Source of the DNA: Thermoanaerobaculia bacterium
GTDB lineage: Bacteria > Acidobacteriota > Thermoanaerobaculia > Multivoradales > UBA5704
NCBI GenBank assembly: GCA_044226625.1
Contig: JBGAGQ010000002.1
Location: 1-64,000, forward strand
Length of the DNA stretch: 64,000 bases
Reading direction: 5' to 3'
Positions 51,401 through 61,700 of this stretch are shown piece after piece. The notes under the pieces are model-generated. The model had not been told where the DNA came from and searched no databases. It saw nothing but the letters and a program-made list of their open reading frames with translations. Made by a program: the position numbers and the translations under genes. How positions within the stretch are numbered: position 1 is the stretch's first letter; the number at the start of each line of letters is the position of its first letter.

Positions 51401-54400
51401 CACGGCGGGAAACGTCGGCCGGGCTTCCGTCACGGTCTCTTATCTGGCGGACGCTCCTGCGCACGTCGAGCCGATCTCGGGAAATTTTCAGGACGCGGAG
51501 ATCCGACAGGCCGTTCCCGAGCCTCTGGTGGTTCGGGTCGCGGACGCCTTCGGTCGCTCGTTGCCCGGCCGCTCGGTCGAGTTTCGGGTGTCGCGCGGGG
51601 ACGGTTCGGTCGTTTCGTACCCCGACCGAGGCCGGAAGCTGTCGGTGCTCACCGACGAAAACGGTCTGGCCGAGGTGCGCTTCGAGCTCGGCTCCCGTGC
51701 GGGCGCCGGAAACCACGAGGTCACGGTGACCCTGCCCGGAATCCCGGGGGCGGCGGTCTTCTGCGCTTCGGCGCGGGCCGCGAAGGCGAAATGGATCCAG
51801 CCGATCGTCGGCAACGACTTCTCTGGAGAGCGGACCGGCACCGCCGGACGGCCGCTTCCGAAGCCCTTGCTGGTTCAGGTTTTCGACGAGCGTGGCAATC
51901 CGGTCTCGGGAGTCGAGGCCACGTTCGACGCGATCGCCGGTGGGGGGAGCTTCGACGGTCTGCCGCAGGTGCGCCGGGTCACCGATCGCGAAGGGAAGGC
52001 GAGCGCGGTCTATATCCTCGGCCCAGGCGAAGGGACGAACAACAACGTGGTCTCGGCGACGTTTGCGACGAACGAGGCGGCGCCCGCGGTCTTCAGGATC
52101 AGCGGCCGCGTGCCGGGACCTGCCGAGCAGACCTCCGTCTCGGGCATCCTGCTCGATCCGGAGGACGGCCCGATCCCGGGCGCGCGAATTCACGTCGGGA
52201 CTCTCGAAACCCGGACCGACGCCGAAGGGCGTTTTCACCTGACGGGGGTGCCGGTGGGCACCATCCATCTGGAGATCGACGGCTCGACGGTCACCCGGCC
52301 GGGCACTTGGCCGCCGCTCGGCTACGAGCTGGTCACGGTCGCGGGGCGGGACAACGGGGTCGGCAAGCCGCTTCGCTTGCCGCAGATCGACAGCGCGGGC
52401 AAGATGCGGGTCGGCGGCGACCATGACGTGACGATCCCGATCCGCGGGGTGGCGGGAGCGACACTCACGGTCTTCGCCCATTCGGTGACGTTTCCGGATG
52501 GCAGCCACGAGGGCGACGTGGCGTTCACGCAGGTGCCGGCGCAGAAGGTGCCGATGATCGCGCCGATGAACGCCGGATTCATGTTGGCCTGGACGATCCA
52601 GCCGGCGGGCGTCCGCTTCGAACCTCCCGCCCAGGTCTCGATCCCGAATTTCGGTCTCCCCGGAGGAGGCGCCAACGTGCCCGGGATGACCGGCGAGATC
52701 TTCTCTTTCGACCACGATCTCGGAGAGTTCGTGAGCGCGGGCACCGCGTCGATCACCGAGGATGGCCGGATGATGCGCTCGAATCCTGGCATGGGGATCA
52801 CTAAGACCGGCTGGGGTGGCTGCCCGCATCCTCCGGCACCGCCCGCGAGCGCCTGCGGCGAGGGTACCTGCAACGACTGTCTCGGAAACCAGCCGATCGC
52901 GAAGGCAAAGCTCGGACCCGTCGTGGCCAGGGCCAACGGGCGGGACATGCCGAGGTTGGTCCGGAAAGGTGAGCCGGTCAGCTTCACCCTCGACGTCACG
53001 AACCCGCCGTCCTGCGCGCTCGACGTGACGTGGACCTTCGGCGAAGGCTCGCCCGTGAAAGGGGATCCCGGGAGCCCTTACTCCGCGAGCCACACCTTCG
53101 CGAAGGAAGGCGCTTTCACCGTCCAGGTGGAAGCGAAGTGTCCGGAATGCGACGACGGGCCGCAGATCGACACGATCGATCTGGGAGTAATCGACCCGGC
53201 GCCGAGCGAGCTCACGTTCAAAGGAGCCGGTTTCCACGAAGTCCTCCAAGACACCGGGGCCGGAGCCTATAAAGCGCCTCACTGGAAGGACATGAGCAGC
53301 CCGCCGAACGGCACCGCCGAGGACATGGGAGATCACCGCTTTCCGGTCATCTATAAGCGGGGCAGCATGCCGATCGTGGACTTGAAGGTGGACGCCAAAG
53401 CGGCGGGACTGACCGCGACTCTGGTCGCGGACGTGCGGATCCGCGGCGGCGTGACGAGCCCCGCGCTCCATTTCCCCGCGAAGAAGGTCTCTCTCGAAGG
53501 CCGGCTGCTCACGTTGAAAGACCTGGCCTCGGATGCCGCGCTTCCCAACGCGATCGACCGGCTGGATCCGTTCGAGATCTCCTGGGAGATCTCGTTCGAT
53601 GCCGGAAACAGCTGGGAAGATCTGGGCAAGACTTCGAATCGAATCTACGTCACCCTCGACGACCCCCTCCCAGCCGCGGCGGCTTCGCTGTACGAGACGG
53701 TGGTCGACATCGGCAGCCGTAATGCGGCCCACCAGAGCTCGCCCGGTTCGGCGGTCACTGCGATTTTCGAAGATTTCATGGACCGCGTCGTGACTCGAAA
53801 GGAACGCGACGGCTTCAACAGGCCCGACGGCAAGACGATGCAATATTGGTCGACCGACCGCGACCTCAATGAAGTGATTCGGACCGGGGGTTGCCAGCTG
53901 CTCTCGAGGATGATCAATCCCAAGAGCGGCGCCGCCGCGAATCTCAACGGAATCGGAACCTGCCAGGCCTGGGCGGCGCTGCTGCACAGGTCGATCCAAG
54001 CGATGGGCATCGAAGGCTCCCAAGTCTTCGAGGTCAAGCCCGACGTGACCAAGGTACCGAAAGCGTCGTCGATGCTCATCAGCAAGTGGCTGTTCGCGCC
54101 GTTGGTTCGGCCGGGAGCGAACAGGACGCTCGATTCGGAGCCCGACGTATCCCGGGACGAGGTCGATTGCAGCCATGGTCAAACCGGAATCAACCCCGAC
54201 AAGGTCTGTATCTATCCCGGAGAGGATCGCGCCATCGACTCGAACGTCCTGCCGGACGACGTCGTCTCGGACCTTGGGGCGCATCCCGGCGAGCCCTATC
54301 CGTACCGGCTCTTCGATCGAGTCATCTATCGAAAGGGCGATGTGTTCGATCTCGGGAACCATGCGGCGCAAGGAACCGCGGACTCTCCGAGCATCTTCGA

Positions 54401-54599
54401 CAATCACTTCATCATGACGTTCCAGACCCAGGGCGTTTACGACCCGTCGTACGGCCGATGGTTCGCCGATCCGGTGGAGTTCGGCAACCAGTCCGTCGAC
54501 GGTTTCATCATGGAACAGAAAACCCCGGGGCTGCCCACGAGCGCGCGGAAGAAGAGCCAAACCGACAACGAGCTTCTCTTCGTTCCACAGGGCTTCTGA
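48486..54599 (+). CDS. Giant secreted protein A: 2x DNRLRE(CBM96-like) + Ig repeats + carboxypeptidase-regulatory-like + PKD + C-terminal transglutaminase-like domain
   Basis: GGAGG RBS, signal peptide ending ASA-Q; 'ADTYLRQSAANQNQG...GATWNC' occurs twice; C-terminal 'GTCQAWAALL', 'FDNHFI', 'VYDPSYG'. Confidence 0.8.
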   Translation: MPGSGAWSFAGRHFGRTALFILGSARIFMGVGASAQTVSLPATADTYLRQSAANQNQGQDVLLHIQQSGHNRTLVAMDPAAIAAAVGTGHLASATLELYVTDSTAWGTAGRTVELHRMTASWTENGATWNCAVDTNPANGAPNCSTQWDGGTFDDEPTDSVLHVNTTSGYVAWNVTEDVRSFLAGTPNYGWLAKLSDETLGGNVDYASRQGSVAVQRPRLVLVVESPAFDQVPPTIAIESPVHPFVINDTTPAISIAYADFGSGLALTTLDVKVDGVAAVCTAGASSASCEPATLGEGAHTIVATVRDVAGNEATATRGFTLLIGPGLRTATFVATADTTLKKSSANQNYGDEPTLRLRQSGKNRSIVRFGTAEVLQLVNQGTLRSASLELFLGVSSGWGKSGRNVDAHRLTADWSEGGATWNCAIDSIPSNGAPNCATQWVGGTFAAAPTATVLHTNGQSGTVSFDVTADLAAVVAGGTDFGWLVKKTDETKSGKADYASREAGAATAPRLVVLFEVPSGGDATPPDIAIVRPAGTVYNQHPVVVGLRLADAGSGIDFESLTVSVGGVDVSSYCGGTAEGSECRFSAPAPGPLEIAASVRDRAGNSASASATFDLVDDPSPPAIDVVSPLSTSLTEGEIPATFEVSLDDAGSGIAPGSFVVTLDGSDLSGCTLETAGASCALPSNLGLGGHPLEAFVRDRADNQSSVFLELNVGPEPHAPEIAVTGPTGDLIHGRTLPELVIEYADAQSGIDPTSFRLEVDGVEATAGCAAGPTSATCPSRPLDPGRHSIVAAISDHRGNVGSANRQLELSIELAVSITEPSEAMLVRSETVRLAGTVSPLATSVTVGSIPASLSGGTWVVENLPLREGGNTLTVVARSPAGGIGSATATVVRDTEAPRVVIQSPADGSISSAAEVFVSGEVIDPASSNVEHPPLTVTVNGEPATVDLRSFVLPEELLHPGENRIEVEATDTAGNVGRASVTVSYLADAPAHVEPISGNFQDAEIRQAVPEPLVVRVADAFGRSLPGRSVEFRVSRGDGSVVSYPDRGRKLSVLTDENGLAEVRFELGSRAGAGNHEVTVTLPGIPGAAVFCASARAAKAKWIQPIVGNDFSGERTGTAGRPLPKPLLVQVFDERGNPVSGVEATFDAIAGGGSFDGLPQVRRVTDREGKASAVYILGPGEGTNNNVVSATFATNEAAPAVFRISGRVPGPAEQTSVSGILLDPEDGPIPGARIHVGTLETRTDAEGRFHLTGVPVGTIHLEIDGSTVTRPGTWPPLGYELVTVAGRDNGVGKPLRLPQIDSAGKMRVGGDHDVTIPIRGVAGATLTVFAHSVTFPDGSHEGDVAFTQVPAQKVPMIAPMNAGFMLAWTIQPAGVRFEPPAQVSIPNFGLPGGGANVPGMTGEIFSFDHDLGEFVSAGTASITEDGRMMRSNPGMGITKTGWGGCPHPPAPPASACGEGTCNDCLGNQPIAKAKLGPVVARANGRDMPRLVRKGEPVSFTLDVTNPPSCALDVTWTFGEGSPVKGDPGSPYSASHTFAKEGAFTVQVEAKCPECDDGPQIDTIDLGVIDPAPSELTFKGAGFHEVLQDTGAGAYKAPHWKDMSSPPNGTAEDMGDHRFPVIYKRGSMPIVDLKVDAKAAGLTATLVADVRIRGGVTSPALHFPAKKVSLEGRLLTLKDLASDAALPNAIDRLDPFEISWEISFDAGNSWEDLGKTSNRIYVTLDDPLPAAAASLYETVVDIGSRNAAHQSSPGSAVTAIFEDFMDRVVTRKERDGFNRPDGKTMQYWSTDRDLNEVIRTGGCQLLSRMINPKSGAAANLNGIGTCQAWAALLHRSIQAMGIEGSQVFEVKPDVTKVPKASSMLISKWLFAPLVRPGANRTLDSEPDVSRDEVDCSHGQTGINPDKVCIYPGEDRAIDSNVLPDDVVSDLGAHPGEPYPYRLFDRVIYRKGDVFDLGNHAAQGTADSPSIFDNHFIMTFQTQGVYDPSYGRWFADPVEFGNQSVDGFIMEQKTPGLPTSARKKSQTDNELLFVPQGF

Positions 54600-54603
54600 C
54601 GCG

Positions 54604-55587
54604 ATGGGTCCCTCCATGATCGCCTGTTATTTCGCGGCCCTGCTGATCCTCGCGCCTCCGGCTCCGGCCGGGGCCACGAGAGAGCCGGAGATTCTCTCCA
54701 GCCAAAGCGCAGGCGCCGAGGGGAAGGTTTGGGTGCTGGAGCTTCGCGAAAGCCGGGAATCGGGCTCCCGATTCGAGCTTTTCCAGCGTTTCCGGAACGG
54801 CAAGAAATCGCCGACGTTGTGGTCGAAAGAGGTCTCCGTCATGACCCGGCCGTACGTCGAATATTGGCGTGCGACCTTTGCCGTAAACCCGGACGGCGGG
54901 TCGGCTTGGGTCGCCTCCCTCCGCTCGACGAGCGGGACGTTGGCGATCGATCTGGATCTCCTCGTCTCGGGCGGTTCTCCGACGGCAACTCGCCGCATCG
55001 ACATCCGTCGTGCGAGCTCCGGCGTTTGTCGTCCCGAGCTCTTTTCGATCGTCGCGACCGGTGAGGAGGCGCTGATCGGGCTTCGCTGCGGTGGACCGAC
55101 GCGATGGATCGGATATTCGGAGCGAGAGCACGACTGGTTCCAGCTGGGTCCGGAGCGACGAAAGGTTGCGGGCCGTTCCGGCAGCGGCAAACTGGTCGAC
55201 GGTTGGCCGAAGGATGACGGCGTGCCCATCGATCCCAACGCCGACTGGCCGCCGCCGAAGATCGCCATCGTCGAGCCGTCGCGGGAAGTCGTTTCCGATC
55301 CGAATTTCTCGAGCGTCGTCCTGTCTTATGAGGATCCCGACGATCCGATCGATCCTTCGTCGCTCAAGGTCGGAATCGACGGCGTTCCTCTGTCCTGCAC
55401 CTTCGGCTTCGCCAAGATCACCTGCGCCGTCGAGAACCTCGAAGAGGGCTTTCACACCCTCTCGGCGGAGATCCGTAGCCGATCCGATTATTGGGCCACT
55501 ACGGCGTTCAACTTCATCTATCGACCGGACGCGGGGTCTCCGCCGTCGGCGGTCGGTGGCGGACCGCCGGTTGGAACGGTTCCTTGA
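54604..55587 (+). CDS. Exported protein, candidate immunity/partner of protein A; C-terminal Ig module
   Basis: Starts 4 nt after A's stop; signal peptide; C-terminal Cys-pair Ig module like those in the trunk of A/B. Confidence 0.65.
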   Translation: MGPSMIACYFAALLILAPPAPAGATREPEILSSQSAGAEGKVWVLELRESRESGSRFELFQRFRNGKKSPTLWSKEVSVMTRPYVEYWRATFAVNPDGGSAWVASLRSTSGTLAIDLDLLVSGGSPTATRRIDIRRASSGVCRPELFSIVATGEEALIGLRCGGPTRWIGYSEREHDWFQLGPERRKVAGRSGSGKLVDGWPKDDGVPIDPNADWPPPKIAIVEPSREVVSDPNFSSVVLSYEDPDDPIDPSSLKVGIDGVPLSCTFGFAKITCAVENLEEGFHTLSAEIRSRSDYWATTAFNFIYRPDAGSPPSAVGGGPPVGTVP

Positions 55588-55726
55588 CCCCTCGCTCGCT
55601 GCCGCCGTGGTCGTCCTCGACCGTACCGATCGGCGCCGTATGACACCGATCAAGATTTCGATAGCCCCGTGGCGAGGTGTAGGGCTACCTTCCATGCTCG
55701 GTCTGTCGGTCTTGGGAGGGCGTCCT

Positions 55727-58700
55727 ATGGCGGGTTCCGGATTGCGAAGGGCGGTGGGTCTTCTTGCGGCCGCGGTGGCCCTCCTCGCGGGCGGGAGGGC
55801 GTCGGCTCAAACGGTCTCGATCCCCGCGACGGCTGATACCTACCTGCGCCAAAGCTCGGCGAATCAAAACCAAGGCCAAGACGTCCTGCTGCACATCCAG
55901 CAGAGCGGCCACAACCGGACGCTCGTGGCGATGGACCCCGCGGCGATCGCTTCCGCCGTGGGGACCGGGCACCTGGCCTCGGCGACGCTCGAGCTCTACG
56001 TCACCGACAGCACGGCGTGGGGGACGGCGGGCCGCACGGTCGACCTCCACCGGATGACGGCGCCTTGGACCGAGAACGGCGCGACCTGGAACTGCGCGGT
56101 CGACACGAATCCCGCCAACGGCTCTCCGAATTGCGCGACGCAGTGGGACGGCGGAACGTTCGACGACGAGCCGAGCGACTCGGTCCTCCACCTGAATACG
56201 ACGAGCGGCTACGTCGCCTGGAACGTGACGGAGGACGTTCGGTCGTTCCTCGCCGGGACGCCGAACTACGGCTGGCTCGCGAAGCTCTCGGACGAGACGC
56301 TCGGTGGCAATGTGGATTACGCGTCGCGGCAGGGGAGCGTGGCCGTCCAGCGTCCGCGGTTGGTGCTGGTGGTCGAAAGCCCTACTTTCGATCAGGTGCC
56401 GCCCACGATCGCGATCGAGAGCCCCGACCATCCGTTCGTGATCAACGATGCGACGCCCGCGATCTCGATCGCCTACGCCGATTTCGGCAGCGGACTCGCG
56501 CTTACGACGCTCGACGTGAAGGTGGACGGCATGGCGGCGGTTTGCACGGCGGGCGCTTCGTCGGCGACGTGTGAGCCGGCGGCGCTCGGCGAAGGCACGC
56601 ATACGATCGTCGCCAAGGTGCGCGACGCAGCGGGGAACGAAGCGACCGCGACGCGCGGCTTCACCCTTCTGATCGGTCCGGGTCTGCGGACGGCGACGTT
56701 CGTCGCGACGGCCGACACGACCCTCAAGAAGAGCTCGGCGAACCAGAACTACGGCGGCGAGGCGACGTTGCGGCTGCGGCAGAGCGGCAAGAACCGTTCG
56801 CTCGTGCGTTTCAATACGACCGAGGTCTTACAGCTGGTTAGCCAGGGCACGCTCCGCTCTGCGTTTTTGGAGCTGACGCTCCAGGTGAGCAGCGGATGGG
56901 GGACGGCGGGGCGGCCGATCGACGTGCACCGGCTGACCGGGGACTGGAATGAGGCGGGCGCGACCTGGAACTGCGGGATCGACTCGATCCCGACCAACGG
57001 CGCGCCGAACTGCGCAACCCAGTGGGCGGGCGGTACGTTCGCCACACCGACGGCGACGGTGGTGCACAGGAACGGGCAGCTGGGGACCGTATCGTTCGAC
57101 GTGACCTCGGACCTCGCGGCCATCGTGGCGGGGGGGAGCGACTACGGCTGGTTGGTGAAAAAGACGGACGAGACGAAGAGCGGGCGGGCGGACTACGCAT
57201 CGCGCGAGACTGGAGCGGCGAACGCGCCGCGCCTGGTCGTGGTGGTCGACGTGCCGGACGGCGGGGGCGATACGACGCCGCCGACGATCGCGATTACGGC
57301 GCCAACGTCGGCGCTGATCTTCAACGTTTCGACCCCGGAGATTCGAGTGGAGTACTCCGATGTGGGTTCGGGGCTCGCCCTGGCGAGCCTGCGCGTCTCG
57401 ATCGACGGCTCGGTCCTCACGGGCTGCTCGGTCGGTGCCGCGGCCGCGACCTGCGCGCCGAGCTCCTTGGCGGACGGTAGCCACCTCGTCGAGGCCGAGA
57501 TCGCCGACGCGGCCGGAAACCGTGGCTCGGCTGGTGCGAGCTTCACGATCACGCGGGACGACGATCCGCCGACGATCGACATCGTGGCGCCGGAAGGAAC
57601 GCTTTTCAACCCCTCCGCGACCGAGATCAGCGTCGAATTCACCGACGAGCTATCGGGGATCGACGTTGGCGGTCTCGCCGTCTCGATCGACGGCGCGACG
57701 CTCGGGGGGTGCGCCGTCACCGAGTCGACCGCGACTTGCGCCGCGGGATCGCTCGCCGCGGGTACCCACGTGATCCGCGCCGAAGTTCACGATGGCGCCG
57801 GTAACCTCGCGAGCGCGGTCGAGAACGTGGAGATCGTGCGCGATACGGAGGCTCCAATCCTTGCGATCACGTCGCCGCCTGTGGCTGGGAGCACCGCCGG
57901 TGCCGTGAGCGACCTCGAGGTCACGTTCGCCGACGCGGGCTCTGGGGTGGCGATCGAGACGTTCCGCGCGACCGTGGACGGCGTCGTGCTGTCGAGCTGC
58001 GCCACGTCGCTCAGCGGTGCGGCCTGTACGCTTTCGAGCCTCGGACCGGGCAGCCATTCGATCGCGGTCGAGATCGCAGACCAGGCGGGCAATCATGGAA
58101 CCGCCAGTCGTGACCTCTCGGTGGCGCCGGAGCGGGTCGCGCCGTTCCTGCGGATTCTCGCGCCGACGGGAGCTCCCATCGACGGTGGACAGATCCCCGC
58201 CATCGAGCTCGCCTACGGCGATGCGCAAAGCGGTATCGATTCCGCCTCGCTCCGCGTCACGCTCGACGAGCGGGACGTCACCTCGTCTTGCCAGGCGGGG
58301 TTGACCTCGGCCCACTGTGGCCCGCAATTCGTTGGTTCCGGCGCGCATACGATCGTCGCCGAAATCTCCGACACGTTGGGAAATCCGGCGCGGGCGCTGC
58401 TCGACGTGACCACTTCCTTGGCGCTTTCGCTCGCGATCACCGCGCCGGAAAGCGGTGCGATCGTTCGAGAACCGACAGTTCGTCTGGCAGGGACCGTTTC
58501 GCCGCAGGCGACATCCGTGTCAGTGGGCGACGTACCGGCGCAGGTGAGCGGAGGCCTTTGGGTCCTACCGGCGATGCCGATCCGCGAGGGGGGCAATACC
58601 CTCACCGTCGTCGCTCGGTCGCCACAGGGAGGCGTCGGAACCGCGACCGTCGCGATCATCCGCGACTCCGAAGCACCTCGGGTAGCGATCCTCACTCCAC

Positions 58701-61700
58701 GCGACGGTTTCGTCACCAGCGCCTCGCAGATCGTCGTCTCGGGCGATCTGGTCGACGCGGTCTCGACTTCGTCGAAACAGCGCGCGCTCAAGGTTCTGGT
58801 CAACGAGCGCGAGGCGACGGTCGAGCGGAAGAGCTTCGTGCTCACCGACCACTTGCTGCTGCCGGGTGAGAATCGGATCGAGGTGACGGCGGAAGACGAG
58901 GCGGGCAACGTCGGCCGCTCGGCGGTCACGGTGCGCTACGTGCCCGATGCGCTGGCGCGGATCGAGGAGATCTCCGGCAATTTCCAGGAGGCCGAGAGCC
59001 GCGACACGCTCGACCAACCGCTGGTGGTGCGGGTGGTCGACTTCCTCGGGCGTCCGCTCGCGGGGCGGACGGTCGATTTCGCGGTCACGCGAGGCGACGG
59101 CGCGGTGCTGTCGTTCCCGGACGCCGCGCGCCGGCTCTCGGCGGTGACCGACGAAGAAGGGCTCGCGGCGATGCGCTTCGCGCTCGGCACGCGGGCCGGC
59201 GCGGGCAACCACGAGGTGACGGTGAGCTCGGTGGGGATTCCGGGCTCGGTGCTGTTTTGCGCCTCGGCGCGGCCGAAAGCGGCCAAGGACATCCACCCGA
59301 TCGTTGCGACCGACTTCCAGGGGGCAAAGACGGGCCCGGCGGGGCAGGCTCTGCCGAAGCCGCTGTTCGTCCAAGTGTTTGACGGCTTCGGCAATCCGGT
59401 GGCGGGGCAGGCGGTGGTGTTCCGTTCGGTCGAAGGGGGCGGCACGTTCGCCGGCGCCTCCGAGCTGCGGGCGACGACCGATGACGAAGGCAAGGCCGGA
59501 GCGGTGCTCACGCTCGGTCCCGACGAGGGGATCAACAACAACCGGGTGGAAGCGAGCCTGGAGGGCTCGACGGTGCTGCCGGCGGCGTTCGTGATCAGCG
59601 GCATGATTCCAGGGCCGGCGGAGCTGACCGCGCTTTCCGGGATCGTTCTCGATCCGAGCGACGCGCCGGTGCCCGGAGCGCGGATCCACATCGGCTCGAA
59701 CGTGACGCTCACGGACGCCGAAGGGCGGTTTCGCTTGAACGGCGTGCCGGTGGGCACGGTGCACGTCGAGATCGACGGCTCGACGGTGACGCGTCCGGGG
59801 ACCTGGCCGCCGCTCGGCTACGAGCTGGTGATGATCTCCGGGCGGGTGAACGACCTGGGCAAGCCGATGCGTCTGCCGCAGATCGACGACGCGGGAAAGA
59901 AACGTGTCGGCGGCGACCAGGACGTGACGATTCCTATCCAAGGCGTGGCGGGCGCGACGCTCACGGTTTACGCCCACTCGGTTACGTTCCCGGACGGGAG
60001 CCACGAAGGGGACGTGGCGTTCACCCAGGTGCCTGCGCAAAAGGTGCCGATGGTGGCGCCGCAGGACGCGGGATTCATGTTGGCTTGGACGATTCAACCG
60101 GCGGGGGTTCGTTTCGATCCGCCGGCGCGGGTGTCGATCCCGAACTTCGGGGCTCCGGGAGGCGGCGGCAATCCGCCGGGATTGACCGGAGAGATCTTCT
60201 CGTTCGATCACGATCTCGGGGAGTTCATCAGCGCGGGGACGGCTTCGATCACGGAAGACGGCCGGATGATGATGTCGAACCCGGGAATGGGGATCTCGAA
60301 GACGGGCTGGGGGGGCTGTCCGCATCCGCCGGCGCCGCCGGCGCAGGCCTGCGGCTCGGGAACCTGCACGATCTGCCCCGCGGATGGCGGTCCGCCGGTA
60401 TCGAACTGCGGGGCCTGTCAGGTATGCACGGATCAAGGCTGTCGAGATCGCAAGATCGACAGCGTCACCGCCGAAGGTGAACCGATCGATCCGGACGCGC
60501 CGGCCGGTGCCTCTTTACTTCAGCCGAACGACGGTGGCGGAGACGGCCAGGCGCAGGAGCCGGTCTATGTCGGGGAAGGGGAGCCTCTGCGTCTGCTGTC
60601 GGACCGGCTCCGAGGCGATTGCCCTTCCGGGCAGATCAACGCGACTTGGTCGTTCGGCGACGGTTCCGAACCCAAGGATGGGCGAACGGTCGAGCACACC
60701 TATGACGAAGAGGGCGAACACATGGCCGAAGTGCGCCTGGAGTGCGTCTGCCCCACGACGCTCAAGGCGGCTGGGCCTCCGGTGACCGACTCGATCGGCA
60801 TTCAGGTCGTCAAAGCGATGGATGGCTTCTACAAAATGATCGAGAAGGAAGAGAAGCTCACCATCGTCGACAAGGACGAGGACGGAGACGGCAAGAAGGA
60901 CAACTTCTTCCGGGTCCTGGGGGGCGCGCGGTTGCGTCTCGAGCTCAATCCGCCGGCCGTACTTCAGGCGCAGGTTACGGAGTACCGGTGGCAGGTCGAC
61001 GAAGAAGACGGTCACGGCGGCTTCTACGACGGCTACAGCCCTAATGCCAACGGGCTGCATGACGAGCAGCTCAAGGGACCGGACTTGCGCCAAATCTACT
61101 GGCAATCGCCGGATGGCGTGAACAAAGACTTTTTCATCGACGTGTACCTCAAGCTGCGCGATGTCGAGGCTCCTCTGCACCTTCGCCGCCGGGTCAAGAC
61201 GCGCGTTCTAGCGGCCGGCGTCGAAGATGGCGACGATGTGAAGATGCTTCAATCGCAACTGCGTCTCTTCGGCTTCACCGGCGGCACGACGCCCGGCTAT
61301 GCGGGAACGCCGATCAACCCGGACGGCAACTTCGGCGGAAAGACGACGCGCGGCGTGATGCGCTTTCAAGACGTCGATGATCTCGCGACTTCCGGCGTGG
61401 TGATGGATGACACGTTGATCCAGCTCGCTCGGCACTGGCGGGATTTCTACTATGCCTATGAAGCGTTTCCCAACGATCCGAGGATCGACAAGTTCCATTC
61501 GGACTTCGAAACTTGGGTGACCGCCGCCGCGGACGATCTCGCCATGACCTACACCGACGCCGTGGTCCAGATTCTGCGTCCTGGAACGGCGGGGGACGAC
61601 GGGCGCAAGGACTTGATCCGGGCGTGGGCAAGGCAGGAGTCCGACCAGGGTCAGTGGGGCTACGGCGGTCACAACTTCCGTATCACCATGGGGGCCGCGG

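Noticed and set aside
48600-54617. 2005-aa minus-strand ORF, and similar long antisense ORFs (33598-35238, 16216-17778, 39708-41786, 12505-13710)
   Set aside because: Shadow frames of high-GC genes; Arg/Gly/His-rich with no motifs, and opposite well-supported genes.
55091-55726. N-terminal extension of protein B in the ORF track
   Set aside because: Overlaps the 54604-55587 gene; RBS and signal peptide indicate the start at 55727.
48591-60370. Diversity-generating retroelement (template/variable repeat) explanation for the A/B duplication
   Set aside because: No reverse transcriptase in the window; differences look mostly synonymous and not adenine-specific; both copies are within full genes.
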